The notes beneath the pieces are model-generated. The model was not told the origin of the DNA, ran no database searches, and saw only the letters and a program-made list of their open reading frames with translations. Positions 22,601 through 33,323 of a stretch of DNA of 64,000 bases are shown here, one piece after another. Within the stretch, counting starts at the first letter, position 1, and each line of letters starts with the position of its first letter. The stretch spans positions 21,204,001 to 21,268,000 of the forward strand of contig NC_045138.2 in assembly GCF_008831285.2 (NCBI RefSeq). Direction: 5' to 3'. Source of the stretch: Nymphaea colorata. Lineage: Eukaryota. Made by a program: the position numbers and the translations under genes.

Positions 22601-25600
22601 CCATTAAAACATTGAAGTAAGCTGCTAGCCAATTTGCAAAAGGCTTTGTTATCTTGATAAGCCTTCTTTGAGCTTGGTTGGCGTGATAAACAGATGCAGT
22701 TGAATGTGATCTCACAAGCAATGAGATGAGCTAAATGCTAAGCTTGCTTCATGTTCAACCACAGATGTGGCATGAATGCTCGACACATACATAAAGATAA
22801 TAGGTGGATGCAAAAAAGTATACACATTCCTCTAATTGCCATATATACAATGTCAATCACTAAGGTGAATAATGTGTTTGTGTGTGCATCTGTGTGTGTG
22901 AGCGAGAGAGGGACCAAGATTTAAGAGGCAAAAAATGAATGAATGAAAACGAAGAATGGATGGAAAAAAAAATGTATGGGTTTTGTAATTTTGTTCATGG
23001 AAATCAAAGCTTCTCTGGTGCACAGTACTGTTCTAACAATAAATTATGACAGAAAGAAATAGAGTGCAAGTGACAGAGAAAAAGAGCACCACATCCTTGT
23101 ACATCAAAAGTGAGCTAAGCTGGAGCACCACATCCTTGTAAATCAAAAGTGAGCTAAGCTGGAGCAGCAAATCCTTGTACTCCAAAAGTGAGCTAAGCTG
23201 CTAGTCCATTGGCAAAAAGCTCAGTGCATCTCAAAAAACTTCAATTGAGCTTGGGATTTTTGGTAAACAAATGCAGTGCAATGTAATCCATGTACATAGA
23301 GCTAAAATGTCAAGAGCTTGGCTCATGTGCAATCCAGCTACAGCATGAATTCTCCACAAAACACACACACACACATGTATACACATTAAAAAAATAGGTG
23401 GATATTAAGAAAGATGTTAATTTGACAGAGATGCACAAGCATATATATATTCCCTAAGAGTTGTCATGGAAATAACAGCTTCTCTCACATACGATGTCAA
23501 TCTATAAACCATTGCCACAAATATCGTTCTTGGGAAAATATCAATGAGGTTTTTCTTGGGTATTTTTTGGCGATGTTGTTTTGATGGAGAAAATTCCGGT
23601 GAAAAGTTTGACAAATTTTAAAAAATTAAGGGAACTTTGATAATCACAATGATGCCATCAAACTCAGGTTAAGAAAATAATTGTGAGATTTTCCTTATTG
23701 TGAGATTTTCAAAATCTTGTGATATTTTTCCCTTTTTTCATTTTGGATAATTTTCTCAAAAATAACGCAAGAATTTCAAAAGTATTCTGATAATTTGTGA
23801 CACTGCAATGTAAACTGAATAGTGTCTCTGTGTGTTTCTATCAATGTTGTATGTATCGTACGATACGGGGCCATATCGTACGATACATATCGTCGCGTTT
23901 CAAAAATGCGATATGATACACCACCTGTATCATATAGTTACGATTCAGACACTGTATCGTACGATACAGTTACGATACGTTACGATATAATTATGATACG
24001 CTACGATACGTTAATTTTTACTGATTTTTTATTATTTTTTCAGAATTTTTTCTATTTTTTCTAATTAATTTTTTTTAAATACAATACGGTTACGATATTT
24101 TACGATACAATATATCTTAAAGCCAAACCGATACGGCTTACGATACGCTTTTTACAACATTGGTTTGTATATGTGGGACAGCGGGGTGTGCGTGTGTGCG
24201 CGCGAGCATGTGAGACAAAGAGATGCTTTGGATAAATTGTTTTTATATTAATAGACATATTTTAAAACCCATCGCCAAAGTAATAAGAAAAAAAAAATGA
24301 CAAAATATTAATGAAAAGATGGGATGGATGAAAAGAGAACGTATGCTTTTTTTTATATGAATGAATACTTCCTTAGAATGCATGTTTTTTTTTTATGTGA
24401 ATGAATACTTCCTTGGCACAAATTACAAGATAGAGAGAGGGAGAGCTGGAACTCTCATTCGTTAGTGTGACAAGTGATCCTACACTACACATGTGCAACC
24501 ACATGCATGCGCGTGATCTCAATGCCATAGTTCACAATTGACTATTAAATAATTGTTTTTGCATATACTAAAATCAACCATAGCCACAAATATCATTCTC
24601 GAGTTTTCAACAACAAGGTATTTTTTGGGTATATTTTGTTAAAATTGTTTGTCTCGAGATAATCTAGAAAAATCCAAAAAATTAGGTAAAAATAAATTAA
24701 ATGAGAAACTAACAAATAGACATAAAAATACCAGATAACATGATAAAAATAATGCCTTAATGATGATAAGAATGATGATAAATAATTTAATTTAAGTTTG
24801 AAGGAGAATTCATGATGTTGCTAATTTTAAAAAAAGAAAAACGAAAAAATGGGAAAAAGATGAGCAAAAAATGCAATAAAATCAGGAGAAAAAGGCGACA
24901 AATATATTCTTCACTTTTTTTTTCAAAAAAAATGTGTTTTGGGTTTTTTTTAATTTTTCATTTTTCTCTTTTTTTTTGTTTATATTGGAACATTTTGGAA
25001 ATTATCGCAATATTTGTCCCTATGAAATCAACATTTGAACGTCATTGGATTATAGAAATGTCAAATGTTATCTGCATGTTGAAGAAACACCATTCCTAGA
25101 GTCAAGCTATTGATTCTTAGTATAGAAATCAGAAAAATGAGTTCAAGTTAAAGAGCATTATACTCTCTAGACTAGTCAAGACTATTGCTATATGAGAGTG
25201 GTGGTTATGACAATGTCAATTACAAACCAGTTGTCTAGTGCATGTCAAAGCTATATAAGTAGCTAGCTAATGCTGATGTGAAAGGGTATTCTTGACAGCA
25301 GATGAACTCTTAGAACTCCATATCATTTCAACCCTAGGATGACAGAATAAGTCAAATTAAGTCTAATACTCATATACTTCTATCTTTCCCTCCTTCCCTC
25401 TAGGCTTCTACCTACAGATTGATACAAAAATTTCTGCTCCTACAAATGACAGTTATCAGAATGTCCATACAAAGTTACAAACCGTGTCAAGGATATAAAA
25501 AAGTAACCAATGCTTATCCATAACTGCATACTTGACAGCTTATACATCTACTGAACTCCATATCAGTTGGATCATAAGATGATAAGAACGAGTTAAATTA

Positions 25601-26890
25601 AGTCCACACTAAATTGACAGTTCTAAGAATGCCACTTATGAACCAAAAACCTAAAATGATAGTTAGGACTTCGAAGAATACCAATAATTATAAGCATGCC
25701 AAGAATGACGGCTATATCAATGCCAATATGAACCAAAGATCTAAAGCATGTCAAAGATATTGACACGTAACTAGATCATTCTGATCAGTAAGTGTATACT
25801 TCACGACAGATGCATTTGTGCAACTCTACTCTAAACTTGGACCGTAAGATGACAGCAAAGAGTTAGATTAAGTTCTGGACTCAATTGGTCTCTTCCTACG
25901 ACTACCCTGTAACAACACAAGAAAGACTCCAGTACAGAAGCGTTTACCCGTTAAAATAACAAAAGACTGCGACTTTAAGCAAACTAAAGAGTCGATAATA
26001 CTAGTTGCACGTACCACTGTATGACACCAACTCCTTGTCTTTCTTCCCCGACGTGTACGGAGTATTCATTCACCTTTTCGCAGAATTCTCTGCCGAGCAT
26101 GTTGTCCAATGCGATGTCTATGTCATAGCAATCCTTGCTCAGAAGCTGAAAATCCAAACAGAAGATTAAACGCATCAATGCAAACGACTTGAAGGTTTGT
26201 GCTTCTGCACAACAAGAGCGACCAGAAATCCAACAACAAATGCCCGCATCCCCATATTTCTCGATAGGAAGACTTACATTTGAAAAAAACAACAACAAAA
26301 ACAACAGAAGGAAAAGAGAGTGCGAACAACCACATTAGTTACGACTGCCAAAACTTCCCAAGGAAAGCTATATCAAAAGCAGAACAACCCATTAGTCATT
26401 AGACCAAAAAGAGCGGCGCAGATGCTTCGTGTTGATCGAAAGTTATTTATCAAATGAGTTCTCGCCAATCTATAACCTCACAATTAGATGACACGACCTA
26501 ATCTCCAATGCCGTTTGTTTCTGACGACCGTTGAGCTGCTCAGAGAAGAGAGAAAGCCACGTCGACACCCCGGAGCGAAGGGAAAACGACTAAACGAGGA
26601 CAAATGGGCGAACACGAACTTACCTTGTCGCGAACCCAGCCACCGGCAACCCGGAGCTCGGTCTTGAGATCAAAGTGGCGGAGCACCTGGAGGAGACGGT
26701 CGAATATCTTCCGTTCCTTCTCCGTGAGCTCAATTCGGTCCTTCACCTGGACACTGGTGCAGAGCGCCATGATAGCCCCGACCCTCCTCCTCCGGCTGCT
26801 GCTCTGGCCGGCGATAAGGCGGCGGGGGAGGATGCCGAGGCGGATGGGAGGGTGTGCGAATGGGCGGGCCAAGAACGAGAGCGCCTTCAT
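7630..26890 (-). CDS. cca: tRNA nucleotidyltransferase / CCA-adding enzyme (class II, poly(A) polymerase head family), 3'-partial
   Basis: Coding exons (minus strand, all GT-AG, phases consistent): 26890-26624, 26145-26015, 22333-22216, 20484-20432, 16700-16651, 16547-16449, 15668-15559, 15389-15262, 11454-11388, 9231-9148, 7955-7893, 7759-7630 (1300 nt, 433 codons plus 1 nt). Motifs: LRVAGGWVRDKLL..DIDIA, NPDQSKHLETA, DFVNLRSETY..SRIP, FGTAEEDAYRRDLTINSLFYN, TFLDDPLRVLRAIRFGARF, KVSKERIGHE. N-terminal R/S-rich transit-like extension. No stop is reached, so the remaining exons are presumably below position 1. Confidence 0.95.
10600..10820 (+). mobile_element. degenerate copia RT N-terminal fragment
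   Basis: Translation CRWYLK...SLVAKSYSQEYKID*DESF...MTSVRTLI matches the copia RT motif LVAKGYSQxxGIDYxETFAPV. Confidence 0.75.
11600..12010 (-). mobile_element. degenerate copia RT C-terminal fragment containing an 81-bp tandem duplication
   Basis: Minus strand gives ...SYKQLVG*LMYLGVIRPD...AILHIVRY, like YRQLVGSLIYLTVTRPD...AVxRILRY. A near-perfect 81-bp direct repeat starts at 11769 and 11850. Confidence 0.75.
12045..12425 (+). mobile_element. degenerate copia RT core fragment
   Basis: ORF 12048..12236 contains TLLLYVDDML, followed across a frameshift by YFLGIEA...ILSQTNFAL...TPEVV. Confidence 0.8.
13028..13337. mobile_element. hAT-type MITE (CATAGCCACAAAT family)
   Basis: Terminal inverted repeats (TIRs) CATAGCCACA / TGTGGCTATG; 8-bp TSD ATATTAAG / ATATTGAG; internal sequence shared with the copy at 21683-22161. 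Confidence 0.85.
14558..14940 (+). mobile_element. solo-LTR-like element with internal 65-bp tandem repeats
   Basis: TG...CA termini flanked by GATT/GATT. About 2.6 copies of a 65-bp unit (starts 14641, 14706, 14771), then TATAAATA and a CT-rich tract, as typical of plant LTR U3/R regions. Confidence 0.6.
15870..16229. mobile_element. hAT-type MITE, same family as 33388-33715 in opposite orientation
   Basis: Starts CATAGTGACCAAAA and ends TTTTTGTGATACG; degenerate 8-bp TSD CTCTAAAC / CTTTGAAC; A-rich interior homologous to the reverse complement of 33388-33715. Confidence 0.65.
17220..17840 (+). mobile_element. GC-rich LTR-like fragment
   Basis: Abrupt GC-rich block in an AT-rich intron, with CCTATATAAG near 17632. 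No recognisable protein in ORF 17181..17612 and no clear termini. Confidence 0.35.
18000..18880. repeat. degenerate low-complexity array of TAGATC/ATCCAA/AATCTA hexamer-like units
   Basis: Repeated TAGATCCAAA, AAATCTAGG and GATCCAA words over about 900 bp; probably subterminal repeats of a DNA transposon. Confidence 0.7.
19110..19290. mobile_element. MITE end with CTCGAG/TCGAGC subterminal repeats
   Basis: AGCTCGAGCCGAGTTCGAGTTT occurs twice; terminus GAACAGCCCTA (TAGGGCTGTTC on the minus strand); related to 53449-54098 and 60276-60594. Confidence 0.7.
21391..21679. mobile_element. hAT-type MITE with GGCCC/GGGCC subterminal repeats
   Basis: TIRs TAAGCATGGGCATC / GATGCCCAGGCCTA; 8-bp TSD GTCCATGA / GTCCATAA; GC-rich arms around an AT-rich core. 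Confidence 0.85.
21683..22161. mobile_element. hAT-type MITE (CATAGCCACAAAT family)
   Basis: TIRs CATAACCACAAATATC / GATATTTGTGGCTATG; interior block TAGGAGGTCATGTTAAATA...AAAACAAGAGGAAATAAAACAA shared with 13028-13337. Confidence 0.85.
23084..23200. repeat. 39-bp minisatellite, 3 copies
   Basis: GAGCACCACATCCTTGTACATCAAAAGTGAGCTAAGCTG units start at 23084, 23123 and 23162. Confidence 0.9.
23510..23805. mobile_element. older hAT-type MITE (CATAGCCACAAAT family)
   Basis: Termini CATTGCCACAAATATC / ATTTGTGACACTG; TSD not cleanly recoverable. Confidence 0.6.
23842..24162. mobile_element. hAT-type MITE with ACGATAC subterminal repeats
   Basis: Perfect 10-bp TIRs CAATGTTGTA / TACAACATTG; 8-bp TSD GTTTCTAT / GTTTGTAT; many TACGATAC motifs. 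A truncated relative starts at about 12438. Confidence 0.9.
24579..25024. mobile_element. hAT-type MITE (CATAGCCACAAAT family)
   Basis: TIRs CATAGCCACAAATAT / ATATTTGTCCCTATG; perfect 8-bp TSD AAATCAAC at 24571-24578 and 25025-25032. Confidence 0.9.
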
Positions 26891-28229
26891 GGTTTTCCCC
26901 CCATATATTGAACCGTTTTCTTTTGGGGGTCACCTCCTCGTTTTCAAGATTCAGAAGGGCGCCCGTTGCCCTCATGCGAACCAGTGACTCGGTCCGGGAA
27001 ACGATCCCGTTGACCAGAAACGTTTCGTTTCGTCGGAAGCCGATACAATTGCCGCTAAGTGCTCGTGCTCTTTAAATATTCAATTCTTTTAAAGGGCGTA
27101 AAAATTATATAAAACTTTGTTTTAGTGTAAGAAACAACCCTTTTAGAAATCATTGGAGATCCTAGAGCTATAATTAATGTAATTTAAGAATCATCTATGC
27201 AAATTATAATATTTTATGTAAATTTGGTTTTTTCAGTCATGGATTTTAATGACATGAACAGTATGGGCTTGACTACCTTAGGGGGCATTTGATGTACTCT
27301 CCCATTGTTAGCTTGGGATTTATTTTTCCTTTTTTTAGTTCGATGTGTAGGTGGTTTTTGCTGATCGTATACATGGTCAAGGTCGTCCTCCATTTTTTCT
27401 TTCCACTAACATTGTTCATGTGGATCTTTGTCCTTCTACTTAATTTTGAATGAACATTAATGACATGGATGTGATTTTTTCATTTATAATGTGGTTCTTA
27501 TTCATAATTCAATGAAAGTGGATTTTGAAACTGATAAAATTGATTATCTATGCAAAATACAAGGAATTTCATTGCATAATGCCCTTGAGAAGATGTTGAA
27601 ACTAAGGAAACCTGGAAACAGCATCATCGATTCACTCATTGCTGTGATTTTGAATGATATAGATTTTCGGGCACAGATTCCCTTGATTATGGATGGTCCA
27701 AGCAGATTGGCATCTCGGAATGAATTACATTATTTTTGCGTAAACGTTGGTGAATTCAATGCAAATCGACAGGCTACTGTATAATCGGAGCTATTTAGTG
27801 ACATAGTCGAAGTGCTTATCAAGGGTAGAGATGGCAGATTTAGTTTCAGTTTTAAAGATTTGTATCTGAAGTTGAAACACAGAGGTGAAAATTACTCAAC
27901 CAGTTTTCTTATCCATGCAAAATTTAAATACTGAGAAAATCATAATCATAGTACATTGGGCTTTAGACTATATTCAATTAGCGTGATAATTCACTTCTTT
28001 ATCTTCATGTTGCATAAAACGATGAAAAGGTCTAGTTATCCCACTCTTATTTGGAATGGATACAGGAAGTGGTCAACTTTATATAACAGGAAGGATTTAA
28101 ATTTTAGGAAAAGGCTATAGCGGTGAATATACTTCACCGCAATTGCAAAACAAATTGGTATATAAATAAAAAAACGAACGGTGTTCTTAATCAAACAGTG
28201 GACGGAAAACTGTTCTGTCCATTCAAACA

Positions 28230-29090
28230 TGAGAGAAATACCTAAATTGCCCTTATCTTCCTAGGGTAATCTCAAACGAGAACGCTTTTCTCTCGGTGAT
28301 AAGCACCCCATAAAAGGATATTTACGTCAAAACGCCAAAACCGCTCATTCCCCGCTTCCGAACAGTGGTTACCAGCAGAAACGAGCACCGGAAGAAAATT
28401 TTCCGAATAATGAAAGACCAACCTGCCGGAAGAGAAATTCCCGAAAAATGCCAAATTAAGGGGATCGATCATCGTTCACCTTCAACTTTGGAAGTGAACA
28501 CATTTGGGGACAACGGAGATATGGGTTTTTGCTGGGATCGACGCAGGCGGGAAGATAAAACAAAAAGAGGAAGAGCGAAGAGCCGGTGAAGAATGAAGAC
28601 TAGCGAGTGTTGTAGTGGCAAGGGGGAGGAGACAGAGCCGGTGAATGCGTTAAATACGTTGAGGCAGAGGGCGCTTTCGCCGCTATCTCTCCCCTTTCTC
28701 GCTCCCCCTTCCCCCTCCTCTCCTTCTGTCGCTTCACCCCTCTTCTTCTTCTTCCTCCGGCTAGGTGTTGCCTTTGTCTGCTTTGCCAGCGTTAGGTGAA
28801 GTTTTACTCCCTTTCTCCGTCATCTTCTTGTCAGTCTTGTGAAGATACCACAACGGAGGCGAGCGAATTCAGAAGGGCGTGCGCAGAGGAGAAAAAATCA
28901 AAAGCTCATCGGAGATCATTGAAACAAGAGATGGATCGTCGCTTGATCAGAAAGCCGGGCGTCGTTACGACGTGACGGAGCCAATTTTCCGGCAGGTTGG
29001 TCTTTCAGTCTTCGGAAATTTCGTTCTGCCGTCATAGGCAATGAGGACGCGATGCTTAAATCTAGGGAATAGTTTGGTTATTTTGCAGGA
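28230..29090. mobile_element. MULE-like non-autonomous foldback element between the divergent CCA and SWC6 genes
   Basis: Perfect 21-bp inverted repeat TGAAAGACCAACCTGCCGGAA (28411-28431) and its complement (28987-29007) lie within longer imperfect arms. Outer motifs AAATTGCCCT / AGGGAATAGTTT; a GA-rich then CT-rich symmetric interior. No TSD found. Confidence 0.55.
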
Positions 29091-29579
29091 TAACTATTGA
29101 TCTATATCATTTTCTCGGAAAGTTTTCGATTTAACCAGTAAAAATATTTTGATCATTTTCAATCCATAACACACGGTCCCTTTACGGGTCATACCAACAT
29201 ATATATATATATAATATATATATATATAAAGTCCAGCTTCGTCTTCAATGGCGAAGAACAGGGTCTCTGGATCAGCTGAAAAAGGCGTGCGCGTCTTTAT
29301 GGTACGCCCATTTTGTTCAAAGTGTGCAACAAAAACTAGATTGTACATTAATTCAGCAGAATTATATCTCAATAGAAATAAAGTCACATAAGGAGTTGTA
29401 TTGTGTAGTGACTTTTTGATATTGTTTTTGGAGAGAACGATTTGGGTACTAAGGCATTGTACTTGTGATGGTGAAATATTCTAATGAATTAAAATTACGT
29501 AGTATCATTGTAACTGTAGAAGAATGGCCTAACAGATAACCTGGTCCCTTATCTTGGTTCAAATCAGAAATCAGAAAAT

Positions 29580-29760
29580 GTCACGCGATATAGTGGCTCA
29601 CGCGTAGGCGAACAGAGCAAGCATACGTTATCCTTTTAGCAGAAAGTCTCTCGTAACCGAAATATTATCTATACGTTTTTCACATTTCGCTCCTGTATGC
29701 TTGGGCTCACGGTATAAAAGCCTTCCCTGAGTGCATTTCACAGTTTTAGCGGAGGAAGAG
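29580..29760 (+). promoter_or_regulatory. putative SWC6 core promoter
   Basis: Site II-like TGGGCT (29702), TATAAAAG (29713), CACGCG motifs upstream, followed by a CT-rich, CpG-rich 5'UTR-like stretch. A 5'UTR intron acceptor AG lies at 30940-30941, 9 nt before the ATG. Confidence 0.45.
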
Positions 29761-30950
29761 AATATTATTCTTCTTCCTCCTCTGCTCATCCTCCGTACTG
29801 TGCCAGGAGGGCGCGTCCCTGTGTGGAAAAAAGCGCGACTCTTCTTCGTGTCGCTTTAGAAGCTGCGTTTGTTCTTCTTGGTCCCCAGACGCGAGCAACG
29901 AGGCAAAACAGGAGATCGGCGTCCCCGGTGTTCCATGATTCTCGTCCCGTCTTCCCTGACGACATCACAAAAATTGGCAGGCTCTCTCTCTCTGTCTCTG
30001 CGTTAGTAGCGCGCTTTGCTGAAAAGTTTGGGACAGAGACACGAGCAAATATTGAATGAGGACCTTGAGATGGCCATGGATATACACAGGCAAGTTGAGT
30101 TTGATATCCAAAGCGGGAGAATAGTTCTAGTCGTAGAAACGGAGGTTTTCCTGTTTGAAGTTAGGGAAATCTTTCCTGTTTGAAGTTGGGGAAATCTAAT
30201 AACGTACAGCAAGTGTTTGAAGAAATGCCTGTTACTGTACATTGATATTTTGCGCAATGAACGAGCAGGTGCATCCTTGCTCCGTTATGGTTGCGCGGTG
30301 GGCGAAGCGGTAGCGAAGAAAAAAAAGAAGGTCTTCATTGATTAGAACTTGTTCATGAGCTGTATTAGTCTACACAGACGACGGGGAGTGTAGCTGGTCA
30401 TTGTTAAAAAGCAAATGTTACTTAGACTTTCAAGCGAGAGTACCACTGAGAGGGAGTTGTGGCAGGTGTTTAAATCCCAATTCTATCATCACTTTGTACC
30501 TTCATGGTGTTCTGAGTTTACTTCTTAAGGGCGACTGAACGATCTCTTTTTATAATAAAAAGTGCCACTTGAAGAAGGGGTTTAGAGACAGAGGGCTTTT
30601 CCAAGTTACAAATTTGTAACGATAAAATTGGGCATGTTTTTCTCTGGTGCCTTAACCAAGTTAGGCCAAACGCTGTCACAACACACACACGCTCTCTCTC
30701 GTTTGTGCGGCTTACTAATTACCATCACACTGCTAGTAGTAGTAGCTCCAGTGGTTCATGATCTGCTAATGAGTATTTGTGTATGTCCGACAGGTTAAAG
30801 CAGCATAATATTGTTTAGTGATTCGTCAAAGTTTTCATTGTTTGGTTCGTTCCATTTAACGATTGAGGTAATGATCTTTTAAAATAGGGATGTGGTTCCT
30901 GTTTCATTCGATCATTTTCATGGTTTCATTCTCCAATCTAGGTCGCAGAG

Positions 30951-33282
30951 ATGGATGAAGATGGTTCTGGTTTATACCGCCGGACATCTGTCCGCAATCG
31001 CAAGGTGGCTGCAAAGATGAGTGCTGCTCTTGGTAGTAGCGACAACCGGATGCAGGTCAGATGTTGACCAGAACTCTTTCAAAACCGACATGCCTTACGT
31101 TTGCTTTCTTCTCCATGAACTGCTTTTCCCATAGCCACATTGTGGACTTTCTCAATTTTCTTTGAAAGTAATGCTACTATTGCATCATTTCAACAATTGA
31201 TATTGTCTTCAATCTGGTTGCACCCTTTTTTGTGTTTGTCTAGGTATGAGTTGATTGTGTTTATCTGTATGCAGGCAGCCCTTGCGCGCCTTGAAGCACT
31301 GGAGAGTGATTATGCTGGCGTGGAGACAGTAGAAATTGATGACGATGAGGATGCGTCTCTTGATGAAGATGATCAAGGTCTTCTTTTCTTCCCTTTGTTC
31401 TCTAAGCCATTTCAAACCAACTGACAAGCACACATAAATGGATGTTTGTTGCATGGAATTGTTAAATGTTGTTTTATTTGGTCTTCCTTGTTTCTTTAAA
31501 AAGCTTATAGCTGCTGTACTATGTGCAAGTCATACATTGAGGTAGTTTCACATGGTCATTGTCTATGCAGTAAGTTACACAATTGAATTTGGCAGGAATA
31601 TTTTCTAGCTTCAGCTAATTGAGTGGCTAAAGGTCTTCTTTGAAATCCTCAATCCAAATAAGTAAATAGTCCTAATTATAAATGTTAAAACAAGTTGGTA
31701 TATAACTGGTTATCTCTGGAACTTGCGTTCAGTATGAGATTCTATGCATCCCTAAATTTGTTAACCAATAACAAGAACTAACTTTTACAAACCTATGTTT
31801 GTATTTGTGTGCCAGTTTCGCACATGGTCCATATCATAAGAGGACGATGTGCTTGGTATAGGGGAGAAGTCATGTATCTGGAGTAGCAGGGCTAAGTGAG
31901 GATATCACATTGGCCATAGGTAAGGTTATCTTAATAAGCAACCTCTTCTGCAATTGGAAAAAATTATCAGACACGGATTAACAGTTAAATCCTGTAGTGT
32001 TGGCAGGCGAGCTGCTCCTCAAATTAAAACAACTTCTCTCTCTCAGAGGCACACACACACACACACAAACATATCGATGTGTCATGTTTGTATGTCCTTG
32101 ATAATTCTATCAAGTGGTATCAATGTCCTTGATGATTGTATCAAGTAGTACCAGTGTCCTTGATGATCGTGCTGATTGGTACCAAAGGCAGTGGCACTCT
32201 TGGGAGGATGATGATGGAGGATCCGTGTCAGTTCATCATCTTGCTTGTAGAATTGAGCTTGGGGCTTCTTATGCTGGTCAAGATGACTGTGCACCTCTAT
32301 CACAGATATTCATGAGAGTTGACTCTTTTTAACAGGCAATATCACTAAACAAGTTTGCATCAGTGAGAAAATCAGTTCTTCAATGTTGCAAGCTTGAGCA
32401 ACACACAATCCATGTGACGCAGAAAGATTGGTTATTTGATGAGTGTAGGATTCTTGAAATGGATGGTTCTGTTGGGAGGCTTGATCTTTTGGCAGCCACC
32501 ATTTTAAAGTATAGAGTTAGATTTTCACCTACCACATGAATCCAGTGATCGCCAGATGTTTACAAACATCTGTTTAGCATGAGAGACATGTTACAAGATG
32601 TGTTATTCTTAGCTTAAGCACAATGCTGGAACTCTATGTGGTGTCTAAGTGCATGTTTGAAAGTGGAGATTATGCTTGACCAGGATGATGAGGTCAACCT
32701 CTTGATAGGGTGTTGTGTATTGAGAAGAAGGTGCACAGTGCACTAGCAGCCAGCAGGATCATAGATCACATCATCCGCCCAAAGCCCCAAGGGGATGACA
32801 CTTTCTCTAGCTCCTATGTCACATAGGTGTGGGGTGCAGGTGCAACTAACACACAGACACACATATATATTTATATAATCACACTAAAGAAGCTAAATAT
32901 TTTATATTTAGCAATCTATGTCATGTAGGTATCAGTGTGGCACGCGCGAGAGAGAGAGAGAGAGAGAGTAGTTGAACCAGTCTCATTTTGAGATTTGAGA
33001 AAACAATTATCATATATGTTCTGCATGTTTGAAAACATATATATCAACATAAATGGTGTTTCTTTGACATGTAACATGACTTTCGAAAGCAAAAAAAAAA
33101 AATGTTCACGCTGTTGACTTTAAAATCTAAAAAACTTTCTCTGCATGATTTAAGGCATCATTTTGCTTTTATAAGATTATAATTTTTTGAGACTACAGAT
33201 CACATCCATAAGGTAGTTTACAGAAAAGAGATTGAAAAATGTTAAAAATGAAAAGACTGGTCAGATCAGTCCATCAGGACTT

Positions 33283-33323
<41 letters not shown>

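Noticed and set aside
23071..23089. TGACAGAGAAAAAGAGCAC resembling miR156/157
   Set aside because: Several differences from mature miR156 and no complementary star arm nearby to form a hairpin.
23084..23200. 39-bp direct repeats (and the 65-bp repeats at 14641) as a CRISPR-like array
   Set aside because: Units are head-to-tail with no unique spacers, the context is a eukaryotic intron, and there are no cas genes.
26604..27075. Plus-strand ORFs opposite CCA exon 1, and similar ORFs at 50557-51534 opposite CCDC47
   Set aside because: Antisense shadows of GC-rich coding exons, with no independent evidence.
27491..27784. 97-aa ORF between CCA and SWC6
   Set aside because: GTG start, no motif I recognise and no supporting splice structure; blastx would be needed.
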